Below, piece by piece: positions 7,784 through 11,106 of a stretch of DNA of 11,106 nt. The notes below the pieces were generated by a model. That model had not been told where the DNA came from. It saw only the letters and a list, made by a program, of their open reading frames with translations, and ran no database searches. Made by a program: the position numbers and the translations under genes. The number at the start of each line of letters is the position of its first letter. The stretch's first letter is position 1. This stretch comes from Pedosphaera sp. (lineage in GTDB: Bacteria > Verrucomicrobiota > Verrucomicrobiia > Limisphaerales > SIBH01): contig JANOQV010000215.1 of NCBI GenBank assembly GCA_031414955.1, positions 1-11,106 of the forward strand, in the 5' to 3' direction.

Positions 7784-8040
7784 AATGCTCCTAGTTGTTG
7801 AATTGCAGGCGGGAGCAACGCTAGGAAGCTCAGGGAGTGTCACCACACTCAGATTCCTGTTGCGTCCAGCTTAAGGCGAGGGACTCGCCAACCTTACGGG
7901 CGAACGCGAGTGATAGGTACCATCAAACCCGAATTCGTCAAATGTCAGTCCTCTTTCAGCCATTCACGCAGCGTGGCCAGGTCTTTTTTGAAGCGCGCGC
8001 GCGGGTGAACTCCGCTGACGCTTTGAAATGCCGGCCCGAG

Positions 8041-8082
8041 AAAAAATCCGGCCCGGCCACGCGAAACACGCAGCCGGGCCGG
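8041..8082 (-). terminator. Putative intrinsic terminator, copy 1
   Basis: Stem ccggcccggc/gccgggccgg followed on the minus strand by a T6 tract, downstream of the stop at 8115. Confidence 0.6.
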
Positions 8083-8114
8083 GCGATGATCCGGTCGTAA
8101 CTTATTCCCGACGA

Positions 8115-8262
8115 TTAGCCGCCGACGTAGGTGCTCATCGAGGCGCTCCAGAGTCCCACTTGCGCATCGTTCACCCGGAAGATGGCGCGATAGGTCCACT
8201 TCGCAGGCGTGGCCGGATGCGGCGTGGTGTCCTGGGTCAGGAAGACGAAGCCCGCGCCGGTT
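8115..8262 (-). pseudogene. 3' fragment of a hypothetical beta-rich (FN3-like) protein gene, copy 1
   Basis: GAGFVFLTQDTTPHPATPAKWTYRAIFRVNDAQVGLWSASMSTYVGG*. Its upstream region is a palindromic element rather than credible coding sequence. Confidence 0.6.
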
Positions 8263-8277
8263 TCACCCACATTCTCT

Positions 8278-8364
8278 TTCGCCCCGGCGGGGCTGGGACG
8301 GATTGGTTGGCCGTTGATCCCAGCGATGAATCGCTGGGCTATGGTCGGCCGTCCCAAGGGACTT
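8278..8364. repeat. Palindromic REP/IS200-605-end-like element, copy 1
   Basis: Hairpins gcccc-ggc-ggggc, cccagcgat-ga-atcgctggg (perfect 9-bp stem) and gtccc-aa-gggac. Confidence 0.65.
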
Positions 8365-8446
8365 CGCGGGGCGGCAGTTTTTCCCTCCGAGAGCGGTTTT
8401 CAGCCTCAAAACAGCGGTTTTCTGCCCTGGAATGCCGCCCCCATTC

Positions 8447-8700
8447 CCGGCGGGGTGGCCATTCCGGGCCGCGGGGTCGTCCCTCCACGGCTCAGGGACG
8501 GAGGTCCCGCGCGCGGGGTGGCCATTCCTTCGGCGAGTGACGTCATTGGCTGGCGCAGGGACGTCCATGGCGCATCCGGGATGCGCCCCCATTTCCCGGA
8601 ATCACGACCCCGCGGCGTCCAGTGACGACCCCGCGACTCGGAGCACTGACCCCGGCGCGTGGAGTTGTCCTGCTCCGACATCCAATGGACACCCCGCCGG
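8447..8700. repeat. 21-bp-periodic degenerate array that folds back on itself
   Basis: GGGGT/AGGGA-like cores at 8452, 8473, 8494, 8515, 8536 and 8557. ACCCC cores at 8607, 8628, 8649 and 8691. Central palindrome ggcgcatcc-g-ggatgcgcc at 8569-8587. The outer 17-mers are 16/17 complementary. Confidence 0.75.
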
Positions 8701-8727
8701 ACACAGGAAAGGGCATCCCGCATGCAG

Positions 8728-8766
8728 CGCTGTCCCAGCGCGCCGGGGTGAGGTGTGCGTTAGCTC
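8728..8766. repeat. Left half of the palindromic element whose right half is seen at 1-49
   Basis: cgctgtcccagcgcgccggggtgaggtgtgcg-ttagctc. Confidence 0.65.
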
Positions 8767-8783
8767 GAATGCTCTCCTCCGCT

Positions 8784-8819
8784 TTGGAAAGGGGTCGGTT
8801 CTTGGAAAGGGGTCGGTTC
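8784..8819 (+). repeat. Perfect 18-bp tandem duplication
   Basis: ttggaaaggggtcggttc occurs twice, followed by taaccatcgaca. Confidence 0.9.
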
Positions 8820-8947
8820 TAACCATCGACAATCCTTTGAGAGGCCAAGCCGATCAACCACCGACGGTGCTTTGACCTTTCCCTGAATCCCAACGGGATT
8901 CCATCGTTCAGCCCAGAGCGGTGGCGAGTCGGCGAGCCGAGTCCGCC

Positions 8948-9121
8948 AACCCCGTCAGGGGTGCCATCGTTGTAGAACCCAGACCACAAGGATTTCCCAG
9001 CTCCGTCAGGAGCGGCATCATCCGGGCGAAAATGCGGGGCATCATTCCGAAGATGCCGCCCCTGACGGGGCTGGAGATTTGGTTGGGAACATTTCTACAA
9101 AGATGCCGCGCCTCTGGCGCT
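8948..9121. repeat. Nested inverted-repeat element (A-B-B'-A')
   Basis: B at 8997-9019 (ccagctccgtcaggagcggcatc) and B' at 9052-9074 (gatgccgcccctgacggggctgg) are 21/23 complementary. A (...gccatcgttgtagaa, ending 8977) pairs with A' (ttctacaaagatgcc, starting 9093). A, B and B' each carry a small gtca/tgac tetraloop hairpin. Confidence 0.8.
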
Positions 9122-9182
9122 TCCGATGCAACTCCACCACCACCATTCGCACCGAGATGGAGGCACAGTCTTGAGCGAACCG

Positions 9183-9516
9183 GAAAAAATCCGGCCCGAC
9201 CGCATGAGACACGCAGCCGGGCCGGGCGATGTTCCGCTCTTAATTTAGCCCCCGACGTAGGTGCTCATCGAGGCGCTCCAGAGTCCCACTTGCGCATCGT
9301 TCACGCGGAAGATGGCGCGATAGGTCCACTTCGCGGGCGTGGCCGGATGCGGCGTGGTGTCGTTGTAGCCGGGCGTGGTGTCCTGGGTCAGGAAGTCGAA
9401 GCCCCCGCCGGCTTTACCCACGTTCTCTTTCGCCCCGGTGGGGCTGGAATGGATTCGTTGGCCGTTGGTCCCAGCGATGAATCGCTGGGCTAGGGTCGGT
9501 CGTCCCAGCGGGACTT
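9183..9516. repeat. Composite direct repeat copy 2
   Basis: Same terminator, gene tail and palindromic element as 8040-8364, with an extra 21 nt in the coding part. Confidence 0.9.
9245..9412 (-). pseudogene. 3' fragment of a hypothetical beta-rich protein gene, copy 2
   Basis: AGGGFDFLTQDTTPGYNDTTPHPATPAKWTYRAIFRVNDAQVGLWSASMSTYVGG*. The frame is closed upstream by a TAA near 9537 and has no convincing start. Confidence 0.6.
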
Positions 9517-9699
9517 GCGGTGTGGCACGAGGGGGTTACGCCCGCGTATATGGCATCGGCCCAATTGGCATTTCGCGCCGGCGTCATCGGCCAGCCTGCC
9601 CTGGGTTACGATCGTGACACACGCGGGAACCTTCCTGAATAACCACGGCAAGCGGCCGTCTCTTAACGGCTAAAACTCGTGTCGTTGCGGTGATAAATC

Positions 9700-10689
9700 A
9701 TGAAATCCGAGATTGAACAGTTGAACAAACAGATCCAGGCGATGACGCCGCTCATCACCGGCATCCAGCAGGAGATGGCTAAGTCCATCGTCGGGCAGCG
9801 GCACTTGATCGACCGGCTGCTGATTGGACTGCTGGCGAATGGGCATGTGTTGCTCGAAGGCGTGCCGGGACTGGCGAAGACGGCAACGGTGAGCGCGCTG
9901 GCCCAGTGCATCCACACCAAGTTTCAACGCATCCAGTTCACGCCCGATCTGTTGCCAAGCGATCTGCTGGGCAACCTGATTTACAGCCCGAAGGACGGCA
10001 CTTACTCAACGAAGAAAGGACCCATCTTCGCCAACCTGATTCTCGCCGACGAAATCAACCGCGCGCCGGCCAAGGTGCAGAGCGCGTTGCTCGAAGCGAT
10101 GCAGGAGCGGCAGGTGACCATTGGCGAAGAAACCTTTCCGCTGCCCAAACCGTTCCTCGTGCTGGCGACGCAGAACCCCATCGAGCAGGAAGGCACCTAC
10201 TCGCTACCCGAGGCGCAGGTGGACCGCTTCATGTTGAAGGTCGTGGTCGGCTATCCGAGCGAGGCCGAGGAGAAACAGATCATGCACATGATGGCGAAGA
10301 CCAGCGTCCGTGAGCCGCTCAAGCCGATCATTCAGCCCGAGAAAATTCTGGAGATGCGCCAACTCGTCGATCAGGTCCATGTGGATGATCAAATTTCCGA
10401 CTACATCATCAAGCTGGTCTTCGCGACGCGCGAACCCGCCCGGCTCGCTCCGGCGCTGGTGGGCAAGATTCGTTTCGGCGGCTCGCCGCGCGCCACGATC
10501 AATCTTACGCTCGCGGCGAAGGCGGCGGCGTTCATGGGCGGGCGCGGCTACGTCACGCCGCAGGATGTGAAGAGCATCGCGCCGGATGTGCTGCGCCACC
10601 GCATCATCACCACCTTCGAGGCCGAGGCGGACGAGGTGACGAGCGAACTGCTGGTGAAGCAGTTGCTCGACTTGATTGCGGTGCCGTGA
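9700..10689 (+). CDS. moxR: MoxR family AAA+ ATPase
   Basis: HVLLEGVPGLAKT (Walker A), RIQFTPDLLPSD, ILADEINRAPAKVQSALLEAMQE (Walker B), LATQNPIEQEGTYSLPEAQVDRF, GGSPRA and VLRHR. Confidence 0.97.
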   Translation: MKSEIEQLNKQIQAMTPLITGIQQEMAKSIVGQRHLIDRLLIGLLANGHVLLEGVPGLAKTATVSALAQCIHTKFQRIQFTPDLLPSDLLGNLIYSPKDGTYSTKKGPIFANLILADEINRAPAKVQSALLEAMQERQVTIGEETFPLPKPFLVLATQNPIEQEGTYSLPEAQVDRFMLKVVVGYPSEAEEKQIMHMMAKTSVREPLKPIIQPEKILEMRQLVDQVHVDDQISDYIIKLVFATREPARLAPALVGKIRFGGSPRATINLTLAAKAAAFMGGRGYVTPQDVKSIAPDVLRHRIITTFEAEADEVTSELLVKQLLDLIAVP

Positions 10690-10723
10690 GGTTTGGGATG
10701 AAGCCGACCCGCTTTCAAGATTT

Positions 10724-10790
10724 GGAGCGCCGAGCATTGCTCGGCCTGAGCCATCAGTCAGCCCTCGTGCCGAGCAATGCTCGGCCCTCC
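10724..10790. repeat. REP doublet (REPIN-like) between moxR and DUF58
   Basis: ggagcgccgagcattgctcggc and gccgagcaatgctcggccctcc are 21/22 complementary. Each arm is itself palindromic (gccgagca-w-tgctcggc). Confidence 0.85.
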
Positions 10791-10798
10791 TTCTCCGC

Positions 10799-11106
10799 AT
10801 GATTCCCAAGGAGTGGCTCAAAAAGATCCGGCACATCGAGATGCGCACGGTGCGGCTCGTGGAGGATCTGATGGCGGGGCAATACCACTCCGTCTTCAAG
10901 GGGCGCGGGATGGACTTCGACGAAGTTCGTCTTTACCAGGCTGGCGATGAAGTGCGTCGCATCGACTGGAACGTCACCGCGCGCACTGGCGAAACGCACA
11001 TCAAGAAGTACGTCGAGGAGCGCGAGATGACCGTGCTGCTGCTCGTGGACGCCAGCGCGTCCGGCGGCACCGGCTCGGTGAATCAAAGCAAGCGCGAACT
11101 CGCGGC
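10799..11106 (+). CDS. DUF58 domain protein (MoxR-associated), truncated by the window end
   Basis: MIPKEWLKKIRHIEMRT...GQYHSVFKGRGMDFDEVRLYQAGDEVRRIDWNVTAR...KKYVEEREMTVLLLVDASAS. This is the canonical position downstream of moxR. Confidence 0.95.
   Translation, partial: MIPKEWLKKIRHIEMRTVRLVEDLMAGQYHSVFKGRGMDFDEVRLYQAGDEVRRIDWNVTARTGETHIKKYVEEREMTVLLLVDASASGGTGSVNQSKRELA

Larger units (their letters stand above)
8040..8364. repeat. Composite direct repeat copy 1 (terminator + gene tail + palindromic element)
   Basis: Aligns along its length with 9183-9516. Confidence 0.9.

Noticed and set aside
7945..8199. 84-aa minus ORF ending RFKKDLATLREWLKED
   Set aside because: It runs out of frame through the gene fragment and terminator. 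The last 15 or so codons look protein-like and may be another gene-tail relic, but I cannot assign them.
8447..8700. CRISPR array interpretation of the 21-bp array
   Set aside because: The period is too short, the cores are only 5-7 nt, orientation flips midway, and there are no cas genes.
4391..9516. Diversity-generating retroelement TR/VR pairs
   Set aside because: Differences between repeat copies are not adenine-specific on either strand, and no reverse transcriptase gene is present.
8263..9617. Multiple overlapping 66-190 aa ORFs
   Set aside because: They cross palindromic and periodic repeats and have the Arg/Pro/Gly-rich composition typical of spurious GC-rich frames.
3584..9660. Integron cassette array or prophage
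   Set aside because: No convincing attC sites (RYYYAAC...GTTRRRY) at gene ends, and no integrase or phage genes.
10204..11086. Minus-strand ORFs of 231 aa and 110 aa
   Set aside because: Antisense to moxR and DUF58, which have strong family motifs.

Overview
High-GC bacterial DNA. Gene families and repeat styles suggest a PVC-superphylum organism, probably Verrucomicrobiota (inference only). The left flank has a minus-strand pair: a lipoprotein LamG-sialidase fusion and a Tat-exported Gfo/Idh/MocA oxidoreductase. The right flank has the start of a moxR AAA+ / DUF58 operon. Between them (about 3.6-9.65 kb) is an accessory mosaic. It holds a chimeric, frameshifted amidohydrolase pseudogene, an intact VapBC-type toxin-antitoxin pair, a relic second PIN system with an unannotated 54-aa partner gene, a secreted Sel1-repeat protein and an orphan trypsin-like protease. 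It also holds three sets of duplicated gene fragments whose differences are often synonymous, a 21-bp-periodic fold-back array and at least seven distinct REP-like palindromic elements. One of these palindromes is translated in-frame as the linker of the LamG-sialidase protein. No integrase, transposase, RT, cas, tRNA or rRNA gene is visible. Family assignments come from motif recognition and memory, not database searches.
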